Shown here: one piece after another, positions 52,071-64,000 of the stretch
Numbering within the stretch: position 1 is the first letter of the stretch
How the letters are laid out: every line of letters starts with the position of its first letter
NCBI GenBank assembly: GCA_036172245.1
Contig: JAYWIR010000002.1
Coordinates: 3,472,001 to 3,536,000, forward strand
Direction of reading: 5' to 3'
Source of the DNA: Raillietiella orientalis
Taxonomy: Eukaryota
Length of the DNA: 64,000 bases
Made by a program: the position numbers and the translations under genes
Notes under the pieces: generated by a model
Told to the model about the DNA's origin: nothing
The model's input: only the letters and a program-made list of their open reading frames with translations
The model's database searches: none

Positions 52071-53645
52071 AGATGTGGAATGCTGTAGGCGAATTGAGAA
52101 GTAAGAGGAGAATCCGTTTTTATCCCCTTATTTTTTTATAAAGATATGTATTTTTTAAATGATAGAAACTTGTTCATTGAAGAACAAAAAAAGTGAAACG
52201 AACGCACTGTTCTATTAATTAGGATTTCTTTGTTCAGCAAATAGGAACAAGAGAATGATAAATTCAAGAAATGATCACTTTTAACCTTACGTTGGAAAAT
52301 GTGATCTTTGTAGAACCTTACGCTTGATATCAGTTTTCATGCAGCTTGATAAGCGGGTAAGCAGTAAGCCTCGCGGGTTCCAATACTCGGAAAGAACCGA
52401 CGCTAGAGGAATGGGTGCGTCGTGGGTTCGCGTTCCTCTTGCAAGATGACGCTGGTTGGCCCACATTCATTCGGGTGCGGAGGCAATGGTGGCGGAAAAA
52501 CCGGATGCCTCCGATGAGCGGCCGAGATTGGGAGTCGACCACCCGGGTTCCTTCCCAGGACATTGAGTTAAGGAGTCGGGTTCCCTTCGGTTGTGCAAAG
52601 GAGCGGACCCTCCCGAAGGGGGGGCCCTCTGTCTCGTACCATGGAGTTGGTGGATTGATGATGCCTCTTCAGAGTGCAAGAAGTGTGCTGCTCCTTTCGG
52701 GGAGCTCCCGCCAAAGAAAATTCGGAAGCGTCCCTTCGAGGTTGTCTTCAGAGGAGTAACAAGGAGCGGTTCCCTTCGGAGAAGAAACAAATCGCTGATA
52801 TTGTTTCTATTCAGTTGATTTAAAGTAATTTTTGAACACTAGGAGAATAATAAGTCTATAATCTTCCGATAAATACGCTCCGATGCAAACATTCCTGTTA
52901 ACAATCTCGTTACAAAACCGATGCCACAGAGAACCACGTGTTGATTTTCACGAAGGAATAAGGACTAATTGTGCTTCCATGTTTCTGAATAACACAAAAA
53001 TGATTTTCAAGATTTTTTTTCCATTTATTGGAATCATTTTACAACTGGAAAAGAAAATTGGGTGTCCGTATTCTAAAATATTAGTTTTCATAAATGGACG
53101 CATTTGTCATCATCTTAATATAATGGTGCAACCATTTAATGTGCTTCTTCTTCATAAACGTAATTGCTCTGAAAATATATGGGTTCTTAATCGTGGTTCA
53201 TGAACATTTTCGTGTTTTATGAAATCATTGAAAAAGAAAAAAAAACTGAAAAGAAAATGTATTTGAATTTATGAATAGATCTAAAATGATAGTTCTCATT
53301 CCAAAAATTTTCTGTAGTGACTCGTACTCTCGTTTTTGTTCAGAATGTGATTTTAGAAACATGCTTTCAGTAATTGATGAGAGTGAACGCTTATTTTAAG
53401 TGAATTTACAAAATCATTCATGAAGAGCGATAGAAAAGTAACATCATTATGTTGTTAGGACTTTTTTTCGGAAATTTCGTTACCAAGAAACTGTAGATAT
53501 GTAAACAAATGCAGTATATTTACGGAATCTGAATCTGATTCTTAATTTCATTTGATATTAGATGATTCTGATACTGGTAATGCTAACGGCTTTCTGTTGT
53601 CTTTTAAGAGTGTACATGTGCGTTAAAGTTTTGAGGTAAGTGGAA

Positions 53646-56600
53646 ATGGAAACTATATTAGAGCAGCAGAGAAGATATCATGAAGAACGAGAACGCCTAA
53701 TAGAATCCATGGTCAAAGAAATGGTCTATAAGAAGAGCTCTGTATGTGAATATCAATATTATTAGATACACATAATTAGGTTTATCTGACACGAAAATTG
53801 GTTACTGATTATTTTTAGCATTTCTGTTGTCCAACTAATCGTTAAAATAAATAAACAGAACAGTTTCTTCAATGGTACCACATAATTACATGATAATGAT
53901 TATCTGATGAAGAATTTATTATGTAGCACAAATGTTTACATTGCATGCATTAGATGTCCGGAAGAATTCTTTTAGAAATTTACTCCAAATTTATCTGTAA
54001 AAACATTAATTATCTCATGCTCAATTGTTAGGAATCCTAATTGCATTGATGTCAAAAAATGATCCCTTGTAGTACTCTTGATTTAAATTAAAATGTAGCC
54101 TTATGGCAGTTTCATGTGTTTTTCAGAATAGGAAGAAAACATGTATTATAAACCATGTTTTGAATTATAACTGACATGCCGTGTTGTAAAATGTCGATAT
54201 TTTAAGGGGAATTATTTAATGTTGTGGAGACTTTTATGATCAGAATTTAGTTTTTGAAAGTATCTGCATTTTATAGCATAAGCAACTTTTCCATTCAGCA
54301 TTTACATTTTACTTGTATAACTCTAAGTTGTTATTACTCAGTTATTTTATTGCCTTAGTATGCAGTCCATTCAAGACCTTATGCTACTACACTTCTCTTT
54401 AGCACATTTGCACAGTCAGTTTTAAGTACCATTTGGATTCTTCCAGCAACTTTTCATTACTTCTACTTCTTCCTTCAAATGGAGAAACAACTAAACGTAG
54501 TCACCTTGTAGAATTGTATCTGCACTTATCAAATTGTATTTTTTATTTGCTTGCATCAGTTCAAAATTTTATCTAACATTTAAGTTAACAATTCATGTAT
54601 ATCACCATGATTCTTCACTTTTGTCATGTATTGGATGGGTTCGATGTCATTTTTAATTTCTTTCAGCAAAGAGATCAGATTAATTCCGATCACAGATTGA
54701 GGATTTTATTAGATGTGAGTAGGTAGTGTCATGAAACATGCTTGAGGTTTTCAATTCAGCGTTACATGGAATGCAGCCGTTTACTGAAGGAATTATATGA
54801 GGATAAAGATAACCTTAGAAAAGAAGAAGTAGCAGCTTTGTCTGGTCCAAATGAGTTTGCAGAATTTTATACCAGATTAAAAAACATTAAAGAATTTCAT
54901 CGAAAGCATCCCAATGAGGTAAACTATTACACATAAATTGTTCTTTCCTCGCTTTTGTGTTGCTGCTGGCCTTTTTATTGCATGTGGACTTACTTTTCAA
55001 ATATAAGGGGAGTTCTAGAAAAAATTCTGCATCATCATTGCTTATGCTTGGAATGCAGTTTATTTGTAAATGATTAAGTTTGTTGAATATACTATTGAAA
55101 AATAAGTCATTAAATGTAACTAGCGGTGTTATGAACTTATTTCTTGCTCTTCTTGCTGTTAGTTGCAAGTATTTAACAGTGTTCTTTTTCAATTTTTTTT
55201 TTTTTGTGTTTTTTCCAACATTGTTCAAACAGCTGTCTATGTGTATGATGTTTATATTTTAGATGTGTTCATTTCTGATTTCATTATTGTTTCAAGTGTG
55301 TATGTCTTATGCTGGACCATTCTAGAAGCATTTTGATATCATTTGCTTATTTGTTTTCTGCATTTTATATTTTGTCCATTCAAACTTTTCTAGAAGCATG
55401 GCACGCAGTGTTATTGCACAAAACAAGAAATTTCTTAAAATTGTAATTTAATTGTGACCACAGTTGCATTTGGGATTATAGGCATTAGTTTGAAAGGGAT
55501 GATGTTTGAGTGCAATTTTTGGAAATCTTACATGAACTATTTCATCCATGAGTTTTGAAAAACGTATAATATATTTTACTTAATCATACAGATGATCAGT
55601 GATGCATGACCATTACTTCTATTTTAGTTCATGACTTCGGTCAGTATTATAATCTTTAATTTGGAAGCATTTTGTCAAAAACTTTGCTGTTGGCATGTAC
55701 TTGTCCACACACTTTTGTAAACCATACATTAGCAGTGTGTTGATTCTTTTTTTTTCTTTCTGTTTTGAAAATTGTTGTAGTTGACATTCTTTATGAGATC
55801 ATCATCTTTATGATTCTGCTGTATTTGTTTTCTGTTTTTGTGTATAGAAAATAGATTTGTAAAAATTTTGATTTGTTGTATTTTATTCAAAGTAATGGAT
55901 GTTTGATTAATACCTGTGCAACAGTACTAACATATAGATTTTGCAACTGTTTTTATCATTTGCTTAAAGAGCATAATTATTTATTTCTGATTGCATTTGT
56001 ATGTAGTACTAATTCAATTGGTAATGCAGTAAATGAAATTGCTACAATTGCTACAATTGAATGCAGTAAATAATCTCATTATAGTTTAACCAACCCATTA
56101 TATAACCAATTGTTTTGTAACCTAACTTATTGTGTACCAGCGCAGCTTTCAAATTATCATTTGCACACTTGTTTTAGTTTCGCATTCAAATATTGCTTTT
56201 TGTGTTTTCCTTACTCTGGGTCACCCTAATTTACATTTTAGTTTCTCATTTATTTTACTGCAACCTTTATAAAATTCCAACTTCATAGAAGTTTATACTG
56301 TAGTTATAGATGTTTAATTTCAAGTTATATTGTAATATAAATTAGGGAACAACACATCATGGGGTATGGATAGTCGCATTCTATGCTCTTCAAATATTTT
56401 TATAAATAATTTTTATATGCTAGACATTGTGTCCATTAGTATCTGTGGATCTTTTGATTAAAACTGAACCAGATTTTCTGTTGAGGCTTCTCAAAAAAAA
56501 AAAAAAAAAGCTCAAGGATTTATATTTGGCTTCAATTGAAACTGCTTCCTATACTTTATTCTTAGTTACATTATCCATTTCGATATCATTCCAACGCAAC

Positions 56601-59055
56601 GAAAAAAAATCTCATGTGAATTGGAAAACATTGTCATGCCACCACAAAAATTTAGCCTTAGATGTGACTTTTGAGCCAATTCCTACATTGTATAACATTG
56701 TGGTTTACCTGGCAGTTTTTGTCCCATTTCTACATGTTCGTTGAATTTTGCATGTAGCAATTTTGGCTGGTTTACAAATGTTGGTATTTACACACATATA
56801 TCTTGCATTATATTTTGGCAATCAACTTAGGTTTCTTGTTAAGTCAACAGTACTGTCACAGCATATGTGTTCCAGCTTTGGAATGTCCAAAAATTTTGCG
56901 TTTGCAAATGTAGACATCCTCGAGAATTGCACCAATTTTTTGCTTCAGATAACTGCTTTATCTACGAATGCTCCTACAGGTACAGTGCTCTGCAGCTTAT
57001 GGGTTATGGTTGGTGCAAACTGAAAGGAAGTGTTCATATTTGGAATATCTTCCATGTTAGCTCTTATCAGAAACGCTCGTTTTGTTTCCTGCATTTCTTA
57101 CTGATTAGTCCTTCCCCAATTGAGTGGAATTGCCTTGGTTCTACATAGATCATGGTATTTTCAGTAAGTTTCCCCCAGTTTCTGTGCATAAATGATTTTG
57201 TGCATTCTTACATGTGTGTATTCTTTGAAATCTTCATTCAGATAATATCAGTATCTTGGGTTACAAGATAATGTTTAGCTTAACAAAATTCATCTCAAAC
57301 ATACTCCACTTGTTGTTGCCTCTTCTTTGCAAAGGTATTTCATTTGTTGTGACTTACTGTTGCGATATTTCCAGGTGCTCCTTTATTGTGTGTTTATTAT
57401 GTCTATTAGCTCAAGAGTTTGTAAATTCAGGCTTCCAAATTTTATTGTAATTTCTTAAGTTTCGAATTTTTGATTCAGAAAGTAAGTATTTTGTAGTATG
57501 CATTTGTAATCTTGGGCATTAGAAGTAGCTTAAGCGAACATGAAGAATAAAAAGCTTTACCTGTAACACTGGTGTTTTTTTTTTTTTTGTTTTTTTTTTC
57601 AGATTTGCGTGCCAATGTCTATGGAATTTGAAGAGTTTGCTAAACTCAGAGATAATGCAAGTGAGGATGCCATGAGTAAGTGCATTTTTAGTTGAATGGT
57701 CAGGTCACTAGAAAGCCAACCCTTCAGATTTAATTGAATTCACTGATGAAGAAGGTTATGGAAAATATTTGGATCTTCATGAGTGCTATGAAAAGTATAT
57801 CAACCTGAAAGGTGTAGACAGAGTGGACTACATCACGTACCTGACCACCTTTGATCAGCTGTTTGACATTCCAAAGGAAAGAAAGAATGCTCAGTACCGC
57901 CAGTATTTGGTTGCCCTCATCGACTACCTGTCTGACTACCTAGCCCGTGTGAAACCTCTTCTAGATCAGTCACTGGAGATTGCGAGTATCAGACAAGAGT
58001 TTGAGAAGCATTGGGAAACTGGCATCTTTCCTGGTTGGCCTGTAGGTGGATGCAATCCAACCAGAATTGCTCAGTAAACATGTTGCCTTACAGAAAGAGA
58101 CTGGCGGAGCCTTGACACACAGTGGTGCTCACCTAGATTTATCCTCCTTTTCCAGTTGTGAAGAGCTAATGTCGTTGGGATTAGACAGGCTGAAGTCAGC
58201 ACTGTTGGCACTGGGCCTCAAATGCGGGGGCACGTTGGAGGAGCGTGCCCAGCGACTTTGGAACACGAAAGGGAAACGACTGTACGAGCTGGATCAATCC
58301 CTTTTTGCGCGCAGCAAGCCAGGGAAACCAGCACGCAGCAAAGAAAACGAACAGAGGCAGCGAGATATAGCCTTTCTGGAAGCCCAAGTTTACAAATTGG
58401 TCGAAGTGCTATCTGAACAGAGAGCGGCTACCAAAGATAACGTCCAGCGCAAACAAGGTCGTGCCGAAGGAGAGCAGGAAGAGGAAGAATCCTCAGCGGA
58501 GGAAGAGGAGGAAGAGGAGGATGATGACATTCCGTATAATCCCAAAAATCTGCCTCTTGGATGGGATGGCAAGGTAACCGAGTAGTGCGCTTCCTGACGT
58601 TTTCTCCTCCTTTCTTATGCTGATTGCAGCCCATCCCGTACTGGCTTTACAAGCTCCATGGTTTGAACATCTCCTACACGTGTGAGATTTGTGGGAACTA
58701 CGTATACAAGGGGCCAAAGGCATATCAAAGGCATTTTGCGGTGAGTACGAAATGCGTTCAACTTAAGGTGAATGAAGAGTATTGCAGGAATGGCGCCACG
58801 CGCACGGCATGCGATGTCTCGGCATTCCCAACACGGCTCATTTTGCCAACGTGACAGGGATAGCGGATGCCATGGCATGTAAGTACAGTACAAGCCAAAA
58901 GAGGCGTATCAGCTTTATTAGTGTGGGAGAAATTGAAGAAAATGAAAGCAGAGGAGCGCTGGAAACCTGATCAGGAAGAAGAATACGAAGATTCCCAAGG
59001 CAACGTGGTCAATAAGAAAACCTATGAAGATCTGAAGAGGCAGGGCTTGCTTTGA
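53646..59055 (+). CDS. SF3A3: Splicing factor 3A subunit 3 (Prp9/noisette), 501 aa
   Basis: Exons 53646-53741, 54667-54714, 54760-54918, 57603-57675, 57728-58041, 58094-58573, 58630-58740, 58788-58878, 58922-59055, total 1506 nt. [96 protein letters not shown]. Confidence 0.97.
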
Positions 59056-59813
59056 TGCAGTTCCGCACATCAAAGAGGGGCGCGCAGCCACCTGGATCAA
59101 TTACATCAATTGTAAATTCTTTTGCGGACTGCTTCCAAAAAAGTTAGTGCGAGAGAGAGCGACCCCTTTCACGCAAAGCGCGAAGATTGAATTGCCTGCA
59201 TCGTGAGGGTGGCGAGGAGCCGAAGATCCAGCGGCTTTGGACAGTGTTCCCATTCTTTCACAGTCTTGCAATAAAGGGGTGGACGAGTAAAGCGTGCGGT
59301 CAGTTCGGTGGGGCCGTCTCCAAATCACTGTCGTCATGTTCATTGGTTTATATTTTATTTCTTCGTAAATTGCGCAGCTTACAAACTAACGGGGCTCTGC
59401 TCCGAACAAGTTAGCTTTTCTGAAGCTACATAATAATCTTCATCATACTTGCACAACTTGATGACACTATATAAACACCGGTTTTCTGAAAGTAAACGTT
59501 CTTCGCACTTATCTTTCAATGGATTTATTGCAAAAATATGTGAATCTGTGCATCCATTATTACTGAAAATCATGGGGTTTTTTTTTGTTTTTTTTTTTTT
59601 TTTCACTAGCATTTTGTTATCACAGAAAGAAACATTGCAAATTCTTCAAACAACGTTAACAAAAGGAAGACAAAAAGACTGTCGAGGGTGAAGGCAACTT
59701 GGAACAAATTTTAATGAACAACCTTTGTCATCATGGGCACTCTCAGACTAGTTGTGATAAACATAGGGCAACAAGTTGTCCTGATCGCGTGATCTCAGTT
59801 TCGTAAACACGTT

Positions 59814-61700
59814 TTACGGTGATGGTGGAGAAAGAGTCGCCATGGCTTGAAGGTATGGGGTGATGTCTTCGAGGTTTGCCGTCACTGGAGGCAGGCCTGA
59901 AAGAGACAGTTTCTTGTTCTGCTCCACCACACACTTCCTCATGTGTTTCTCCAGCGTCGAGAGCACAGAGAACGGCATGGAACAGAAACGGCATCTGTAC
60001 ACGTCTTTGCCCATTCTCCCGTGGGTTTTCATGTGGCGGGTCAACTTTGAGCTCTGGGCGCAAGCGTAGTTGCACAGTTGGCATCTGTACGGCTTTTCTC
60101 CGGTATGCGATCTCCGGTGCACCGTAAGATTCGAACAGTTACGGAAAATTTTGCCACAGTATTCACAAGTATCATTCCTCTTCCCTTTCTTACCATCTAT
60201 GATCGTGGGTAACGGGGTGAACGTAGCGGTGTCCTTCGGGGAAGAAGGGCTACGACTGCTTTTGACAAAAGTACACTGGGACTGATATTCTCTGGTCGCC
60301 GCGAAGGATTGCAGAACGAAGCTCTTCGAGGCGCTGCCGTCCTGTATGGGCAGATGAGAATGCAACGCCCCTATGATGTCTGCTTTATCTTCAGAGGTAT
60401 TTAAAGAACTAGGCGAACTTTGTTTGGTTTCCGTTTCGTCTTGTGATAAGATTTCGCTTTTTTCTTCCGTTTTTCTAGACTCTTTGAGTGCAAGAGCTAA
60501 TGCGTCATTGTACTGCTGTATCTTCGATAGACCACTGCTTTTCATCACGTCTGTTACGACAGATTTGTCAGGAAACGAACTTTCCGAGTTCCTAATCTCC
60601 TGTATGAATTCTTCTTCCTCATCGGTTGTCAGCTGCTCCTCTATGCAGACCTCCGGCTCGTGTATTTCTTGATTCATGAGCACGGCACTTGAGCACCTTT
60701 CCGTTGCTTTCGTCTGCACGTCGCATTCCATCTGTTCCGAGGCGTCCACGTCGTACAGGTATTCCGGAAACGAGTGCCTCAGTCTCAAGTGCACCAGGAG
60801 GTTGTTGTTGAACCGAAAAGGCTTATGGCACAGGGGGCACATCTTCCTGAAGGCCGACTTGCTGGCGTGGGGCGGAGGTGCCCTTGGGTCGGACTCGCAG
60901 GCGAGCTTCTCCTTCATGCCCGCATCTCCCGCGTACATCCTGCAGTCTTCCTCGCTTCCCACCGACTTGACCTTGCTTTCGTGAGAGGAGCTGGCTTCGT
61001 GGCTGAGCTCCTTTTTGATGCTGGCGTCTAGCGGCTCCGCAGACGAAACGTACTTGCGGTGGCTGAACCTTGGTTCTTTATTGTACATGGGAGTGGAGAA
61101 CGCCAGGGGGACGTTGAGATTTTTGGAGCTGTACGCCAGCATCCTGGAAGAAACGCAGGACAAGCCCGGGGACATCGCTTCGTTCGAGGCGATGTACAGG
61201 TGAATCTGGTGCTCCTTTTCTACATGCTGCAAAAATATCCACGCCGAATTGAAAGCGTTTTTGCAGTTCACGCAGATTAGCATCTGCGGCTCCGGAGAGG
61301 TCTCTGGAAGAACGAGAGTGAGCACGGGCCGCCGGCGAGCCTGGACGTTGGCTACCTGCCGTTGCCTTCGCCAGCTCGACATTCTGCCTTTGCACAGGGT
61401 CGGCAAGCTTCTTGACGAAGCACACCGCGTTGTTTTCAACGTCGCCGTGTTTCCTTGCATCGTCTTCGTACTTGCTTGAGATGCACTTTTCTGCCTCCCC
61501 GTTCACCGAGGAATCGGCGATCTGCAACTTCTCGTTGTACCCGTTGACGTTGCCTTCACTTTCAGGCAGTTTCGGGAGGCATGTAGATACCTTGTGTTTG
61601 ATGAACTTGGCAATGTCGTGAAGAGGGAATTTCTTCTGGCATTGGGAACAAGTCAGGATGTCGACTTCACCAACGGAACTGCTATCTCGTTCCTCTGATC
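59814..61700 (-). CDS. BCL11: BCL11/CTIP-family zinc-finger transcription factor (5' exon not found in window)
   Basis: Exons 61700-61356 and 61303-59814 (52-nt intron). C2[47 protein letters not shown], and the C-terminal triplet [61 protein letters not shown]. Confidence 0.9.
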
Positions 61701-61879
61701 CTGGAAGACAACAAAAAAGAATGCTTTCGCATTCGTACCTCCGTGGTTCCCCGCCAAGTGCGCCTTTTCAGCCGCTAGTTAAATTTTCAGGATCAGCGAA
61801 TACTTCCCCTCAGGTTTTGCCCAATCGCAGAGTTTTTTTTTTTTTTTTTTTTCCTGCTTTCATGCGCCGCGGGACAACA

Positions 61880-62300
61880 AGTGAAGTTGGTGCTTGCGCG
61901 CTTTTGGGAAAAGCGACGTCTCTCCCAAGGGAAGCCCTGTCCACATTTCGGAAGGCTTGCGCGTGTATGCCGGGCTATCGAGGAATGTACGAAAACTAGA
62001 ATGACCGCGAAAACTCTGGAAGCCATTCTTGAGGAGGGCACCTTCCTACTGAGCACCTTTCGCGAAACGGAAAGAAGAAGGGCGAAAGCTCGGAAAGTCG
62101 GAACTCTGTTCTCAAAGTGCCTTTCTTTGTCTCGTGCTGGACGTCTGAAGATGTCTTGCAGGAGGCAGTGACTCGCAAGCGAGCGCCGGTCGCAACCTTC
62201 TTGAGTGAGCACAGGAGGATTTTCCTGTCCGGTCACCAGTCAGACCAGCCTCGTGGCACACAGCGACTCATCATATCCAAAGTCGAACGAAACTTTTGCT
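61880..62300 (-). mobile_element. Decayed LINE RT remnant in the presumed BCL11 upstream intron
   Basis: Minus ORF 61793..62236 has TFRAFALLLSVSRKVLSRKV (NYRPISLL..SKVLER.V) followed by RRFSQKRAST (QSGFR...ST). Confidence 0.4.
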
Positions 62301-62978
62301 CCTTCTTGTCCCGGATCGCGGAATCCGGGAAGAAATCCCGCCTGGTAAGGAGGAAGGTGAAAACCAGAAGCCCTAATCTTTGGCCCACTGGATGCTCCCG
62401 CTCGGAAACGGTGACCACTGAAGGCATCCTTTCACATGCTGAGGAATACCCTGAAAGTCATGACCAGCAGGGAGTGGTGATCTTTAAATCCGCAGGCGTT
62501 TCCAAAATTAGCCCGATGGAGTGGTGAGAGCCATCGAAACCGATTTGGAAACGAAGGGCTGCGAGCTTGCTCCTCTGTAGGGTAAGGGATCCGCTCTCGG
62601 GGGTTTTCGGGAGGGCGAAGGTGGGGGTGGGGGGGGAGAGCTTCTGATTTCAAAATGCACGCTGTGCGGTACACACACGCACACGCCGCCAGTGGTCCAT
62701 GAAATGCCGAGTGTTCAAGACCTGTGTGCCTCCATGCTTCACAGCCGAACAAACAAGCATGGCCCTTAATTGCATCCTCAAATTATTCAAAGCCCATTAG
62801 CATCGAAGCAACGTCAATCCTTCCTCTCGACAAAGGCAAAAGGAATACACATGCATAAATGCGCGCCGACTTTCTTTGTGAAGGCTAAAGGCTAAGCAGC
62901 CAATGGCAATTACCGCGAATGGATATCAAACGAGCTGCTCCGGTGGGGGAGACGTCGGAAGCGTTCTTGGAAGAAAAG

Positions 62979-62998
62979 CACACACACACACACACACA
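62979..62998. repeat. (CA)10 microsatellite
   Basis: Read directly. Confidence 0.85.
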
Positions 62999-64000
62999 TA
63001 CACGTTCTCCTACTTGTTGTTGGGTAGCGAGAAAACCCTGCCGTGCACGGAAACACGCGGGAACGAAGGGATCGCTGCTGACACTTGGAATGCGAAGAGA
63101 CGCCTGGGACGTCGGAGCCGCTGCGGACGGTAACCGGAATGGTGAGTGAAAACGGAAGAGAACGATTCCTGCTGACGACCCACGAAATGGGCACTTTGTG
63201 GGAAAAAACGGCACTCCAGATGTGAAACACACAGAATCACTTTTCACGTGCCGAGATCGTCATCGCTCAGCAATTCATTGTACTGTACGCCGTGCCTACT
63301 GATCGCATCTTTCCAATTCGTCGCGATACTCACTAAGATTTTTTTTTTTTTTTCTCCCAAGAGTACTTTTTCTAAACAAGGGAAAAGCACCAAAGCCTTC
63401 CGGGTTCATCCCAATTTTCAAAGAGGAGCTGGCGAGTGAAATTCCAATTTCCAACAGAAAATTCGAAAACACACACACACACACGGGCCCCGAAAAGAAA
63501 TTCCAGGAGGAGTGAGGCAGGAAAATCGGAGACGAACATTTCTCCAGAACGTTCTTCCTTTGAGAGTCTTCGCAGTTTTCCTGGGAGCACCGGAGAGCAA
63601 GGGAGGAAAAAAAAAAAAAAAATACCTGGCATGGTCCGAATCTCCGAGATCGGCGATCAAGGGGACTGTCAGCAGAAAATCTCGACCACGTCCACTACGT
63701 GGCAAGCAAAGTAACGAACACTAACACTAGGTATGTTTTTTGGGGGGAATCCCGTCGAACAGTGCATGCTTCAAGAAACAGCCACGTCCATGGCTCCGGT
63801 GGGTCAAGTCGAACACACGCACGCTGTTCACACTGTGGCCAAATTTTTCCGCTTCTTGCAGTGCGAAGGCACGTCGTCGTCGTCGACCAAGTGGGGGCTT
63901 CCACGGATCTTCACTCTTAGCAGAAGGGAGTGTTTCGCTTGAGCTGCAACACTTCGGATTTCTCTTCCAGGAGGTGGTGGCACAAGGCTTTCAAAGGCAC

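Noticed and set aside
52350..52385. RNase P/MRP CR-V-like string GAACCCGCGAGGCTTACT on the minus strand
   Set aside because: No matching CR-I/P4 5' strand found upstream.
52591..52818. FYVE-like peptide WWIDDASSECKKCAAPFG
   Set aside because: Lacks the R(R/K)HHCR motif and remaining cysteines; likely chance.
55794..55818. bantam-like TGAGATCAT in SF3A3 intron (and miR-305-like ATTGTACTT at 44347)
   Set aside because: Only the seed region matches, with no full mature sequence or convincing precursor.
1..64000. CRISPR arrays, tRNA genes, prokaryotic operons or horizontally acquired cassettes
   Set aside because: No repeat-spacer arrays or cloverleaf/T-loop signatures seen by eye, and all recognised protein genes are animal genes with splice signals.

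Overview
This is eukaryotic nuclear DNA from a protostome animal, most likely an arthropod (arthropod-type CUB proteins, miR-184 ending GGGC). It has many very short GT-AG introns, often 41-57 nt, so the ORF track is mostly spurious and genes were assembled by hand. Left to right: a mir-184 hairpin, two tandem secreted CUB-domain genes (+), a glutaredoxin-like gene with a CPFT motif (-), an 11-exon membrane-anchored ACE/M2-family gene with degenerate zinc-binding motifs (-), WDR7/Rabconnectin-3B (-), a decayed 28S rRNA fragment, Hsc70 with heat-shock elements (-), a C2H2 zinc-finger gene (+), SF3A3 (+) and the 3' part of a BCL11-like gene (-). Intergenic and long intronic DNA carries several decayed LINE-like remnants. 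Composition is strongly mosaic: the first ~22 kb is very GC/CpG-rich, while the WDR7 and SF3A3 bodies are AT-rich, with CpG depletion counted in WDR7. I found no CRISPR array, tRNA or intact transposon, and no clearly new multi-gene system. The best leads are the ACE pseudopeptidase, the mir-184/CUB1/CUB2 arrangement, the compositional mosaic and the rRNA-derived insertion. All homology calls come from remembered family motifs, not database searches.
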